From Dissulfurispiraceae bacterium (GTDB taxonomy: Bacteria > Nitrospirota > Thermodesulfovibrionia > Thermodesulfovibrionales > Dissulfurispiraceae): 64,000 nucleotides of DNA. The DNA is taken from NCBI GenBank assembly GCA_035319185.1, contig DATHDF010000074.1:77537-141536 (forward strand). The letters run 5' to 3'. Both the position numbers and the translations under genes were made by a program. Positions within the stretch are counted from its first letter, which is position 1, and the number at the start of each line of letters is the position of its first letter. The notes beneath the pieces were generated by a model. It was not told the origin of the DNA, ran no database searches, and worked only from the letters and a program-made list of their open reading frames with translations. Shown one piece after another: positions 55,061 to 64,000 of the stretch.

Positions 55061-56458
55061 ATGATTCAGAACAAGATGACGCCGGGCTTTAAAAAGCAAA
55101 GATTTGTGCATGGCTTCTTTATTCTTGCCTGCGTATGCCTTTGCGATGGATGCGCAACCCTTCCAGAGGTATCTAAGGTTATAGATGAAACGCCCAGCAA
55201 CGAGACCCTTCAAATAGCGTCTGCCAAAAGACTGCTGTCCCCGAAGCAGAGTGAAGACATTATACGTAGATTGAAAGCTGAAGCAGGACTCACTGACGTT
55301 CTCAAGCGCCAAATTGATGTACTGGAGTCTGCAAGCGGGGTAACGCTTAAAAGCGGCAACAGAGTGACTCTTCTGATTGATGGCCCTGCAACATACAGCG
55401 CAATGTTTGAGGCGATAAAGAGCGCAAAAAATAATATAAACCTGGAAACTTTTATTTTTTCCGATGACGATGAAGGAAAACGCCTGGCTGATTTACTGCT
55501 GGAAAAACAGGCCTCAGGTGTTCAAGTCAACATGATCTATGACAGTGTCGGTTCGTTGCATACTTCGCCATCTTTTTTTGAGCGGATGCGCAAAGGCGGA
55601 ATTCATGTGGTCGAGTACAATCCCGTCAATCTGCTACGGGTTTCCAGAACAATCCACAGAGACCATAGAAAAGTCCTGATCATCGACGGCAGCCTAGTGA
55701 TAACGGGAGGAGTCAATATCAGCGGCGTATATGTTAGCAGCGAACTGTCCGGTAGAGAAAGAAACCAGCTGGAATGGCGTGACACGGACATAAAGATTGA
55801 AGGTCCCGCTGTCGCTAATTATCAGGCCATTTTTCTTGAAACCTGGAAGCAACAGAAAGGACCCGAACTTCCACATTCAGGATATTTCCCTCCCCTGAAA
55901 AACGAGGGAAAAGACCTTGTCCTTGTCATTGCCAATACTCCGGGCAAAGAAAACAGGCTTACATTTATTTCGTACGTTTCGGCGATTATCTTTGCCAACA
56001 ATTCCGTTCATCTGACAAACGCTTATTTTGTTCCCGACGAGCAGACGATAAGTGCTCTCAAGGGTGCTGCGAAAAGGGGAGTGGATGTCAAGATTATTCT
56101 GCCCAGGATTTCTACTTCTTCATTGGCATTATATGCCGGGCACTATTATTATTCCGACCTTCTTGAGTCCGGCGTCAAGTTATACGAAAGACAGAACGCC
56201 ACGCTGCACGCCAAGACCGGCGTAATCGACGGCGTATGGTCTACAGTGGGATCCAGCAATATGGACTTCTGGAGTTTTTTGATGAATGACGAAATAAATG
56301 CAGTCATTCTTAGCACTGAATTTGCTTCAGAGATGGAAAAAATGTTCGACAAGGACATTAGCAACTCGGATCAGGTGAAACTTGAAAAATGGAAACAAAG
56401 ACCATTGTATCCGAGGATAAGGGAATTAATAGCTCACATGTTCCGGCACTGGCTGTAG
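55061..56458 (+). CDS. Phospholipase D-family cardiolipin synthase-like protein (ClsB-like)
   Basis: Two HKD motifs, HRDHRKVLIIDG and LHAKTGVIDGVWSTVGSSNMD. N-terminal hydrophobic/lipobox-like segment FFILACVCLCDGC. Confidence 0.85.
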   Translation: MIQNKMTPGFKKQRFVHGFFILACVCLCDGCATLPEVSKVIDETPSNETLQIASAKRLLSPKQSEDIIRRLKAEAGLTDVLKRQIDVLESASGVTLKSGNRVTLLIDGPATYSAMFEAIKSAKNNINLETFIFSDDDEGKRLADLLLEKQASGVQVNMIYDSVGSLHTSPSFFERMRKGGIHVVEYNPVNLLRVSRTIHRDHRKVLIIDGSLVITGGVNISGVYVSSELSGRERNQLEWRDTDIKIEGPAVANYQAIFLETWKQQKGPELPHSGYFPPLKNEGKDLVLVIANTPGKENRLTFISYVSAIIFANNSVHLTNAYFVPDEQTISALKGAAKRGVDVKIILPRISTSSLALYAGHYYYSDLLESGVKLYERQNATLHAKTGVIDGVWSTVGSSNMDFWSFLMNDEINAVILSTEFASEMEKMFDKDISNSDQVKLEKWKQRPLYPRIRELIAHMFRHWL

Positions 56459-56549
56459 TTTAATATTGCTCCGAAGATACAGTTCCTCACTCTTTTTGAT
56501 AAAAGTTTGTGGCGGCAGGATAAATTGCAACCTCTTATATGAACCTGAC

Positions 56550-56921
56550 CTACAGATATTGCCTACGACAAACTCTTTGCTGGTACATCAAGTACACACC
56601 GATTTCTCTGCCGAATTTGGCAATGTTTCTCTTTAGTTTCCGGAAGTGCTTTTTCTTAACACATTTCTCCCTATCTGACATCTCAAGCCTCTTGATTATT
56701 TCCTCTAAACTATTTAGCGCTCTACAGAAGGAAGCTATTTTTTCTTTCACATTTGTTGTCATGAAAGCTTCGGCAAGATGTCCTGGAAAATAAAAGATCG
56801 TTTCTCTAAAACCGCTCCAGACATCATAAGAAGAATATGTAAGACCATCGGCAATTTTTTGCAGCATATCGGCAAGCCTAAGTCCCTTTAGCCACATCCT
56901 ATATTCTTCGGCATATTTCAT
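56550..56921 (-). CDS. Hypothetical protein
   Basis: 123-aa ORF in an AT-rich region, helical and Lys/Arg-rich. No family recognised; the antisense ORF 56539..56793 looks less plausible. Confidence 0.4.
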   Translation of the reverse strand: MKYAEEYRMWLKGLRLADMLQKIADGLTYSSYDVWSGFRETIFYFPGHLAEAFMTTNVKEKIASFCRALNSLEEIIKRLEMSDREKCVKKKHFRKLKRNIAKFGREIGVYLMYQQRVCRRQYL

Positions 56922-57294
56922 GCACAGATCCCCTCAGATATCGGTTAGTTGTTTTGAACAAGGGACTATTCAACTTCTGTCTGGTGCATATTATTTTACA
57001 ATGTATTCAACAACGATAAATATCAGACAAATTCTCTTTTCTTTGTAAGATTTAGACCTATAGAAAATAGTCGACCGTCTGCTTGCAATTTTGTTCAAGT
57101 AGTCCAGCTTTTTCGCCAGTTTGATGACTACCCTATCTCAACCCTCAGGTTCTTGACTGCTCCTGTGACTCTGATAAACTGACAATACAGAAGCTAAATG
57201 TGCCAATAAGAGAGAATAGAAATGTATTGGATTAAGTTCTTCATTATCGGGGTCATGCATGTTGATTTGACGGAAAGCCGAGAGACAATGCATT

Positions 57295-59115
57295 ATGCAC
57301 CTTAACGTCGCCCAAATCATTGTATTCACCACGCTTGCCGCAGCCCTGCTTTTGTTCATCACCGGATGGATGCGCTACGATTTGGTCGCCGTGTGCGCTC
57401 TGCTGACACTCGGGCTGGCAGGGGTAGTCAAGCCTGAGGAGATATTCTCAGGATTTGCTGATGGTGCTGTGATAAGCGTCGCTGCCGTGCTCGTGATGAG
57501 TCGTGGTTTGCGCAATTCAGGCATGGTGGAAGCGCTGGCGGAGAGACTGGCGCTGATCGGCGGCAGACTGGGTGAATCGCCAAAGATAGCGCTCATGGGG
57601 ACATTCGTGAGTTTCCTTTCTGCCTTCATCAACGATGTGGGCACCCTGGCGCTGTTCATGCCCGTATCCATTAAGCTTGCGCGCAGGCAGAATGCTTCGG
57701 TGGGACCAATCCTGATGCCGCTCGCGTATGCGACGCTGTTGGGCGGCATGACAACGCTGATAGGATCGTCAGTTAATCTCGTAATTTCAGCCTATCGCGC
57801 CCGCGTTGCGAGTGGCGGTTTTGGAATGTTCTCATACACACCTGTCGGCATCGGCATTGCGATTGTAGGTCTGGTCTTCGTTTCCGCGGTCGGATGGCGG
57901 CTGCTGCCGAAGCGAAGCCGCAATAGAGAACATGGCGAACTATTCAAAATCGATGAATACATGACCGAAGTGCGCGTGCCCGACAAATCCAAAGCCGTCG
58001 GCCAGACTATCGGCGACCTCGAAGAAGCCTCCGAAGGCACCGTAAGCGTTCTTTCGCTATTGCGCGACGGATGGCGACAGGTTGCGCCCTCGGGTTTTCA
58101 GATACTCAGACCCAACGATCTACTCATCGTACGGGGCGACCCTGAAAGCTTGCAGGACGCCATATCGAAAGTGGGCCTAGAGCTCGAAGCCCAGAAACAA
58201 CAGGAAGAAAAAGAGCAGGATAAAAATCAACAAAACAGCGAAAAAAAGGCACCAGGCGATGCAGTACAAATGGTCGAAGCAGTCGTTGTCCCCGGTGCCA
58301 GGATCGTTGGACACACCGCATCGAGACTGCGTCTGCGCGACCGATATGCTGTCAATATCCTTGCCGTCTCGCGTCAGGGCGGCGCAATCCATGTGCGGCT
58401 ACGCGATATCGGCTTCAAGGCAGGCGACGTGCTGCTCGCACAGGGTCAGCCGGAGGCATTGCAGCAGGCCTTTTCAGATCTCGGTCTGCTGCCCCTTGCA
58501 GATCGAGAGATTCGCCTGGGCCAAACTCGCCGCGTCCTGCTAGCGATAGCCGTGTTCGCCGTTTCGCTCGCAGCCGCCACGCTCAATCTGTTCAGTGTGG
58601 CAGTCTGCTTAGTCAGTGGGGCCCTCGCAATGGTACTCTTTGGGCTGGTGCCTCCCGAGGAGATTTACTCTAGTATTGAGTGGCCGGTTCTGGTGTTTAT
58701 TGCATCGATGATCTCTGTGGCGGGAGCCCTGCAAACCAGCGGCGTCAGCGAACTGCTCGCTCTGCCCTTGTTGACCCTCGCCCATCATCTGCCAGACGTG
58801 GGGGCGGTTTCAATGATTTACGTGGTAACGATGCTGCTGGCAAATTTCATCCACCACGTAGCGGCCGCAGTCCTTATGGCACCGGTCGCTCAGGGTATTG
58901 CCGCGGGTCTCGGCATGTCGCTCGATCCGCTCCTGATGGCAGTTGCATACGGCAGTGTCTCTGCCTTTATAACTCCGATCGGCCATCCCTCCAACACGCT
59001 GGTGATGGGGCCGGGTGGCTACAAGTTTAATGACTACATGAGGATGGGTCTGCCTCTTTCCATCCTGACTGCTCTCACTGCATCGCTTCTGATTCCACTT
59101 TTTTGGCCATTATAA
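57295..59115 (+). CDS. SLC13/DASS-family permease with two internal TrkA-C domains
   Basis: Multi-TM halves flank two RCK_C-like modules (VRVPDKSKAVGQTIGDL...LLIVRGD and VVVPGARIVGHTASRLRLRDRYAVNILAV...LLAQG). Confidence 0.8.
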   Translation: MHLNVAQIIVFTTLAAALLLFITGWMRYDLVAVCALLTLGLAGVVKPEEIFSGFADGAVISVAAVLVMSRGLRNSGMVEALAERLALIGGRLGESPKIALMGTFVSFLSAFINDVGTLALFMPVSIKLARRQNASVGPILMPLAYATLLGGMTTLIGSSVNLVISAYRARVASGGFGMFSYTPVGIGIAIVGLVFVSAVGWRLLPKRSRNREHGELFKIDEYMTEVRVPDKSKAVGQTIGDLEEASEGTVSVLSLLRDGWRQVAPSGFQILRPNDLLIVRGDPESLQDAISKVGLELEAQKQQEEKEQDKNQQNSEKKAPGDAVQMVEAVVVPGARIVGHTASRLRLRDRYAVNILAVSRQGGAIHVRLRDIGFKAGDVLLAQGQPEALQQAFSDLGLLPLADREIRLGQTRRVLLAIAVFAVSLAAATLNLFSVAVCLVSGALAMVLFGLVPPEEIYSSIEWPVLVFIASMISVAGALQTSGVSELLALPLLTLAHHLPDVGAVSMIYVVTMLLANFIHHVAAAVLMAPVAQGIAAGLGMSLDPLLMAVAYGSVSAFITPIGHPSNTLVMGPGGYKFNDYMRMGLPLSILTALTASLLIPLFWPL

Positions 59116-59165
59116 CCTCAAAGTTACAGTTATTGTCCACGACTTGCTTGAACGAGGGTGACGTG

Positions 59166-59612
59166 CTAATCTGGGATTCTTGCTTCGACAAGATTTGCCA
59201 GAAGAGTAAGCGACTCCTGCCAACCTAGATAACAAGCCTCAGGAGGTATGACATCAGGCACTCCTTCTTGCACGATATGCACCTCTGTACCGACTGATAC
59301 CTTCCTCAAAGATACTGTCACCTGCATTTCGCCCGGCAAGTTCGGGGCATCGAATTTGTCAGTGTGTCGAATAAGTTCATTGGGCACCAATTCAAGATAC
59401 TTTCCTCCGAAGGAATGGCTATGTCCCGAACTGAAATTCGTGAACGACATTCTGTATGTACCACCAATCTTAGGATCCAAATGGTGCACCGTGCCCGTGA
59501 ATCCATTTGGAGGCAGCCACTTAATCAGGGCGTCAACATCCAAAAAGGCACGATAGATTACATCGGGCGTAGAGCGAAATACGCGGTGAAGCCGGATGGT
59601 GTTTGTTGGCAT
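59166..59612 (-). CDS. SRPBCC-superfamily protein (AHSA1/Aha1-like)
   Basis: IRLHRVFRSTPDVIYRAFLDVDALIKWLPP...GGTYRMSF...GKYLELVPNELI is typical of the AHSA1 subfamily. Confidence 0.75.
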   Translation of the reverse strand: MPTNTIRLHRVFRSTPDVIYRAFLDVDALIKWLPPNGFTGTVHHLDPKIGGTYRMSFTNFSSGHSHSFGGKYLELVPNELIRHTDKFDAPNLPGEMQVTVSLRKVSVGTEVHIVQEGVPDVIPPEACYLGWQESLTLLANLVEARIPD

Positions 59613-59806
59613 GATCTTGTCTCCTTTTCTGGTTTTAGACCGACATTATTTTTGCTTTTACTTTAATTTTACAAGACACCATTTCCGATACCAAAAGATA
59701 TCTACAGGCCAATACAACTAGTTTATCAAGTAATTTTCTGATCGGCTATACAAGCACTAGAGGTTCAGAGTATCCAGAGTTAGCTTAATCCTTAAATATG
59801 GCCAGC

Positions 59807-60532
59807 TTACCAAATGTAAGGGATTAACCGGTATCGGACTTTATTAGTATAAGCATCATAACCTGTCAATTCCCTTCGGAGGTATTTCTCCTCTATAGTG
59901 ATACGCAACATCAGCAGAAAGATTAAAGATACTGCAAGGATGGCAGCAGCATAAGACTCAAGCCATAGCGGTATTCCCAGGAAAAAGAGAATGGCGCCTG
60001 CATACATTGGATGACGCACAACACCATAGACGCCGGAATCAATAACTATTTGCCTTCTTTCCTTTTGAATCCTTACCGCGAGCGCTGCAAAGGCGTTTTC
60101 CCTTAGCGCGAGATAAGCTATTTTCCATCCCGTAGCAAGTAAAATCAGACCCGCAAAAGACACAACCGGGCTAGGACTGTTTATAAGGTGAAGCCTGAAC
60201 ACATCAAATGAAATGAACACAAACATGCCATAGTAAATCAGCAACAAAAGAAATACTATTATTTTGTCCGCAATCGGCTGCCCCTTTTGTATGGGGGACT
60301 TCAGACGCTCCCTGATTAAGTCCTTGTGATTAGGAAAGAGTTTGAATACTGTAAGTGCCGATCCGACTGCGATAACACCAATCAATACCCAGGCCCTCCA
60401 CCAATCGAAAGTGCCTGCGGGAACAAATAGAAGTCCACCCATGAAACAAAGACTGATTACGCTATAGATGATCAGTTTGAATGCAAGCATGGCAGTTGTC
60501 ATTTTGACCATATTCACAGCCTTTCTTTCCAT
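59807..60532 (-). CDS. Isoprenylcysteine carboxyl methyltransferase (ICMT)/phospholipid methyltransferase-family membrane protein
   Basis: Multi-TM protein with C-terminal SGVYGVVRHPMYAGAILFFLGIPLWLESY. Confidence 0.75.
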   Translation of the reverse strand: MERKAVNMVKMTTAMLAFKLIIYSVISLCFMGGLLFVPAGTFDWWRAWVLIGVIAVGSALTVFKLFPNHKDLIRERLKSPIQKGQPIADKIIVFLLLLIYYGMFVFISFDVFRLHLINSPSPVVSFAGLILLATGWKIAYLALRENAFAALAVRIQKERRQIVIDSGVYGVVRHPMYAGAILFFLGIPLWLESYAAAILAVSLIFLLMLRITIEEKYLRRELTGYDAYTNKVRYRLIPYIW

Positions 60533-60687
60533 TGCCGAGTTCTTTCTATTGCAGAGTAATGCTTATGAGCTGTCGATGCAAGTCAAACAAAAATATGGGC
60601 CTGGTATGCTTACATATATCCGCAGTTTGCGATGGAATTAGTTGGCGGACATGCACTTTAATAATACTATTTAGACAGTGAACTAAT

Positions 60688-61095
60688 ATGATTGCTACCA
60701 ACAGCATAAATAAGAAGGTTTGTCTGATTCTGACTTGTATGATGATGCTGACTGGTTGCGAAGCCGTCCTGCTCACCGGCGCCAGCGGGGGCATAGGCTA
60801 TACTTATACAAATATCGCATACAAGACCACGGGATATCCTCTTGACCAGGTGACTTCCGCGACACGCGTAGCCCTGATATCTATGGATATGAACGAGAAA
60901 GCGATTCAGGAGACGTCAAGAGAGGTAGAAATCACTGCCGAAACGTCCGATCTGAGAATCCATATCGATCTGCAATGGATCACAGACCGTACTACAAAAA
61001 TAACAGTTGACGCACGCAAAAATCTTATATTGAAAGATAAAGCGACAGCTACGGCTATAATCGAAGAAACCGAATCAATATTGAGACGAAATTAA
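60688..61095 (+). CDS. Lipoprotein of unknown function (DUF3568-like, tentative)
   Basis: Lipobox MMLTGC, a Gly-rich linker, then an alpha/beta domain. Confidence 0.55.
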   Translation: MIATNSINKKVCLILTCMMMLTGCEAVLLTGASGGIGYTYTNIAYKTTGYPLDQVTSATRVALISMDMNEKAIQETSREVEITAETSDLRIHIDLQWITDRTTKITVDARKNLILKDKATATAIIEETESILRRN

Positions 61096-61309
61096 TTTTA
61101 ACGCTTTATTGCCTTTTTGACTTCCCATATCTATTTTCGCTTGGAAAACCACGATTTTATTGTTTTGTGGGACTATCACCGACAGATGTGATGACTGATA
61201 TCCTACCCACTTTTCAGTCAATAACCGACTATTTAATGGCTGGTCATCCTAGTATATTGAAATTAAAGTCATTCGAATGTCATGCAATGAGGTCTATTGG
61301 AGGTGCCTG

Positions 61310-61582
61310 ATGGATTGCCCCTATTTCAAACAATCGTATGATACAGGAGTATGCACTATCATGAGAAGATTCTCCTTACCCATTGACCAGATGAGTCAGC
61401 GTTGCTTTAAAGAAGGATTTGCCACATGTTCGGTCTTCATGGGCATGGTCACAGAAACCGGCGATTTGACCGACGATCAGGATGAAACAGACGATAGCCT
61501 GATATTTAAAGTTATCAAGGATGGAACTTGCACGCGCTATGCTTTCAGACACAATCAATATCCTTCAGACTTATGGGCTTAA
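61310..61582 (+). CDS. Hypothetical Cys-containing acidic protein (90 aa)
   Basis: GGAGG RBS 6 nt before ATG 61310. MDCPYF....GVC...C....FATC Cys pattern followed by an acidic stretch (DLTDDQDETDD). The track ORF begins at 61277. Confidence 0.45.
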   Translation: MDCPYFKQSYDTGVCTIMRRFSLPIDQMSQRCFKEGFATCSVFMGMVTETGDLTDDQDETDDSLIFKVIKDGTCTRYAFRHNQYPSDLWA

Positions 61583-61718
61583 TGTCGCATGAGGCCGTCA
61601 ATTGAAGGACACACGCCTATGGCCTCCGGTATTGATAAGCATGCCTGCAGAGGAACAATCCCGCGATCTATAAAAGAACAATAATTTTAAAACGGTATTC
61701 ATTCCAGGAGGTCAGAAT

Positions 61719-62384
61719 ATGCTAAGGAGCTCGTCGCGGCTTGCCTTACTATTCGGAATAACCATTGCGTTAGGCGGTATTCCAATTAGCGCGGATGCAG
61801 CTGAAATGACGGAAAAGGGAACAATGCGGGATCGAGGAAACGATATGCTTGAAAAGGGCAAATTCATGATGCAAGACGGACATTTGAGGGTGAAGGAGGG
61901 CGATCTCCAGATCAGAGAAGGAGAGTTGTTTTCAGAGGAAGGGGCTGCAATAAGTGAAGGCCGTCCTTTCGATAATGATATGAAAACAAAAGAAGCGCAA
62001 TTATTGATCGACAAAGGCAATCTCATGAAAGAACGGGGCGCTTTATTGTCAAAGGCAGGGTTGAAACTCAAGGAAGGCCGGGTTTCTACAGGGCAAGAAC
62101 AGGCAATGCTTGATCGTCACCCAATGGATAAGGACCGGGCAATAAAAGAGGGACAACTGATGATAGAGCGCGGACAGATCATGCAGCGCAGAGGGGAGGA
62201 ACTTGTTCAAAGGGCAAAGGCGAGTGGAGACAACGGAACTTTGTCAAATGGAGATGCTATGATTATGGATGAAGCTCTGATTAATAGACAGGGCGACATG
62301 ATGATCGAAAGAGGTAATATGATGCAAAGCGAAGGCGACAGGATGATTGAACGCGGCAGGTCAATGAAAGTAGGCCTTAAGTGA
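61719..62384 (+). CDS. Secreted Met-rich repeat protein
   Basis: AGGAGG RBS and signal peptide. The mature part has about 19 Met in about 190 aa, in reiterated G-x-[LIFM]-M-x-[EQ]-[RD]-G units (GQLMIERGQIMQRRG, GDMMIERGNMMQSEGDRMIERG). Confidence 0.65.
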   Translation: MLRSSSRLALLFGITIALGGIPISADAAEMTEKGTMRDRGNDMLEKGKFMMQDGHLRVKEGDLQIREGELFSEEGAAISEGRPFDNDMKTKEAQLLIDKGNLMKERGALLSKAGLKLKEGRVSTGQEQAMLDRHPMDKDRAIKEGQLMIERGQIMQRRGEELVQRAKASGDNGTLSNGDAMIMDEALINRQGDMMIERGNMMQSEGDRMIERGRSMKVGLK

Positions 62385-62400
62385 GAGAACTGAGGACGAC

Positions 62401-62697
62401 ATGAATAAGTGTCTATACCGGATCTTTCTCCTGATTATATTGGTGACTGTAAGCGGATGTGTCGCATATACCGGACCAGGCTATTACAATGACTGCTCAT
62501 ATTATTATGGATATTCTTATTATTATGACTGCCCCTATTACGATTATGACGATTATTATTACCCCAATAATAATTATTTCTTTTTTAGAGGCGGATGGGA
62601 ATTTCATGACAGAGAAGGAGGACATGGAAGGGGCGAGCGATTCGAAGGGCACAGAGAACATGGAGGCGGGCACATGGAGCATGGAGGCAGACACTAA
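62401..62697 (+). CDS. Lipoprotein with extreme Tyr-rich segment and His/Gly/Glu/Arg-rich tail
   Basis: GAGGA RBS and lipobox VTVSGC. Then YTGPGYYNDCSYYYGYSYYYDCPYYDYDDYYYPNNNYFFF and HDREGGHGRGERFEGHREHGGGHMEHGGRH. Confidence 0.6.
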   Translation: MNKCLYRIFLLIILVTVSGCVAYTGPGYYNDCSYYYGYSYYYDCPYYDYDDYYYPNNNYFFFRGGWEFHDREGGHGRGERFEGHREHGGGHMEHGGRH

Positions 62698-62786
62698 GCA
62701 TAAGGGCAACTGGTGGTAGTGGCAAATAAGCGAACAGTGAACGAGTTTTTAGGGGTGCTTTTCTAACAATATCAACCATTTAACTA

Positions 62787-62873
<87 letters not shown>

Positions 62874-62924
62874 ACGGGGTCTTGCAGCCAGATTAATATT
62901 ATACAGCATCAGAGCTTGGGAGTT

Positions 62925-63359
62925 TTAAGTATTCCTGCGGGAGGCAAAGAATTTCTTCAGCAGCCGGGCGCATTCTTCTTCCAATACACCCGACACGACT
63001 TCGACCTGATGATTCAGTCTGTCGTCCGAAAGCAGATGATACAGGTTCGCAACCGCCCCGCCCTTGACATCGCCGCATCCATACACAAGCCTGCCCAGGC
63101 GGGCGTTCACCATTGCTCCCGCGCACATCGGGCATGGCTCCTTTGTCACATAGAGCGTGGCGTCCGAAAGCCTCCACCTCTTAAGCTTGATGGCGGCCTC
63201 CCTGATTGCCATGATTTCTGCATGTCCGGTAGGGTCGAAGGATGCTTCCCTGTTATTGCGGGTCGAGGAGACAACTTCACCGCTTACAACCAGCACTGCT
63301 CCGACAGGCACTTCCTCCTCGCGATAGGCGGCCTCAGCCTCCGCAAGGGCAAGCCTCAT
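62925..63359 (-). CDS. tadA: tRNA-specific adenosine deaminase
   Basis: CDA zinc motifs HAEIMAI and PCPMCAGAM. ATG 63359 (MRLALAEAE) forms an ATGA overlap with the hypB stop. The track ORF starts at 63389. Confidence 0.9.
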   Translation of the reverse strand: MRLALAEAEAAYREEEVPVGAVLVVSGEVVSSTRNNREASFDPTGHAEIMAIREAAIKLKRWRLSDATLYVTKEPCPMCAGAMVNARLGRLVYGCGDVKGGAVANLYHLLSDDRLNHQVEVVSGVLEEECARLLKKFFASRRNT

Positions 63360-64000
63360 GAAATCAGCGTCTTGATCCACTGCACCCACTGCCCCATGCC
63401 CTCGCCTGTCTTGCTCGATATCTCGAATATTTCGATGGAGGGATTGAGAGAGCGGGCATCGCGCTTTATCTTTTCGACATCGACGTCAAGCACCGGTTTC
63501 AGGTCGATCTTGCTGATAAGAAGCGCCCTCGATTCCTGAAAGATTATCGGATACTTCAGAGGCTTGTCATGCCCTTCAGTAAGACTCAGGATGGCGACCT
63601 TGACATCCTCGCCCAGCTTGAATTCCGCAGGGCAGACGAGGTTGCCGACATTCTCGATAAACAGCAGCCTGATGTCATCAAGCGGCAATTCGCCGAGGAC
63701 ATCCGAGATCATGCCTGCATCAAGATGGCAGGCGCCGCCCGTATTTATCTGGACAACAGGCACTCCGAGACGGTCTATGCGTTCTGCATCGTCGGTGCCC
63801 ATTATGTCACCTTCAATTACTCCAAGCCTGACGTCGCCGCCGAGGGTCTTGATCGTGGTTTCAAGCAGCGTAGTCTTGCCTGCACCCGGCGAGCTAATCA
63901 GATTTATCACAAAGATGCCTTTTTCGTCGAAGGACCTCCTGTTGCCTTCGGCGATCCGCTCGTTGGCGGTCAGGATCTTGTCGGCCAGCTTCAGCTTCAT
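63356..64000 (-). CDS. hypB: Hydrogenase nickel-incorporation GTPase HypB (start coincides with the window edge and could lie further upstream)
   Basis: SSPGAGKTTLL P-loop, the ENVGNLVCPAEF signature and the KIDL NKxD-like motif. The ATG occupies 63998-64000. Confidence 0.9.
   Translation of the reverse strand: MKLKLADKILTANERIAEGNRRSFDEKGIFVINLISSPGAGKTTLLETTIKTLGGDVRLGVIEGDIMGTDDAERIDRLGVPVVQINTGGACHLDAGMISDVLGELPLDDIRLLFIENVGNLVCPAEFKLGEDVKVAILSLTEGHDKPLKYPIIFQESRALLISKIDLKPVLDVDVEKIKRDARSLNPSIEIFEISSKTGEGMGQWVQWIKTLIS

Noticed and set aside
62459-62719. Alternative frames over the Tyr-rich gene (62459..62719 +, 62497..62709 -), which give Ile-rich peptides
   Set aside because: They lack a start context or signal peptide. 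The 62401 frame has an RBS, a lipobox and a tail motif shared with another lipoprotein.

Overview
The 64-kb window is chromosomal, with about 68 protein genes and one tRNA-Ser(CGA). I saw no rRNA, CRISPR array, transposase, integrase or reverse transcriptase. The ilvC-psd-pssA-leuA block, a triheme c7-type cytochrome, dense PAS/REC phosphorelay genes and a cytoplasmic [NiFe] hydrogenase suggest an anaerobic Geobacter/Desulfuromonadota-like bacterium; this is inference, since nothing was searched.

Layout:
- 1-4.8 kb: overlapping XdhC, MocA, radical SAM, PaaK-like ligase and His-phosphatase genes.
- 5.1-9.4 kb: extended SDR, serine-palmitoyltransferase-like enzyme, GNAT and an AsmA-like protein, a candidate bacterial ceramide cluster.
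- 9.5-21.4 kb: housekeeping genes (NfeD, ilvC, psd, pssA, leuA, leuCD, LysR, thioesterase, RidA), plus a secreted FN3 protein with Cys-repeat modules.
- 23.3-26.5 kb: an OmpR-type two-component system with small periplasmic proteins and a c7 cytochrome.
- 26.8-37.5 kb: a frameshifted Fic gene, an orphan CbbQ/CbbO-type AAA+/VWA pair behind a LuxR-type two-component system, and a divergent 1,462-aa PPDK-derived protein that lacks the PEP/pyruvate domain.
- 37.6-41.2 kb: a group-3-like [NiFe] hydrogenase operon whose first cistron is a V4R-domain protein, with a Roadblock/LC7 gene next to it.
- 41.4-50.4 kb: a signalling cluster with a truncated REC, an orphan mini flagellar-rod-like protein, a His-less kinase, a CheD-HDOD fusion, a hybrid kinase, a CheY-like protein and a MASE1 kinase.
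- 50.4-62.9 kb: a patchy AT-rich block of envelope and stress lipoproteins, including Tyr-rich, Met-rich and His/Arg/Glu-rich low-complexity proteins, ending at the tRNA-Ser.
- 62.9-64.0 kb: tadA and hypB.

The best candidates for undescribed biology are the V4R-hydrogenase operon, the truncated-PPDK giant protein with its CbbQ/CbbO and two-component neighbours, and the ceramide-like cluster.

All family assignments come from motif recognition by eye. Coordinates of features not on the ORF track may be off by 1-2 nt.
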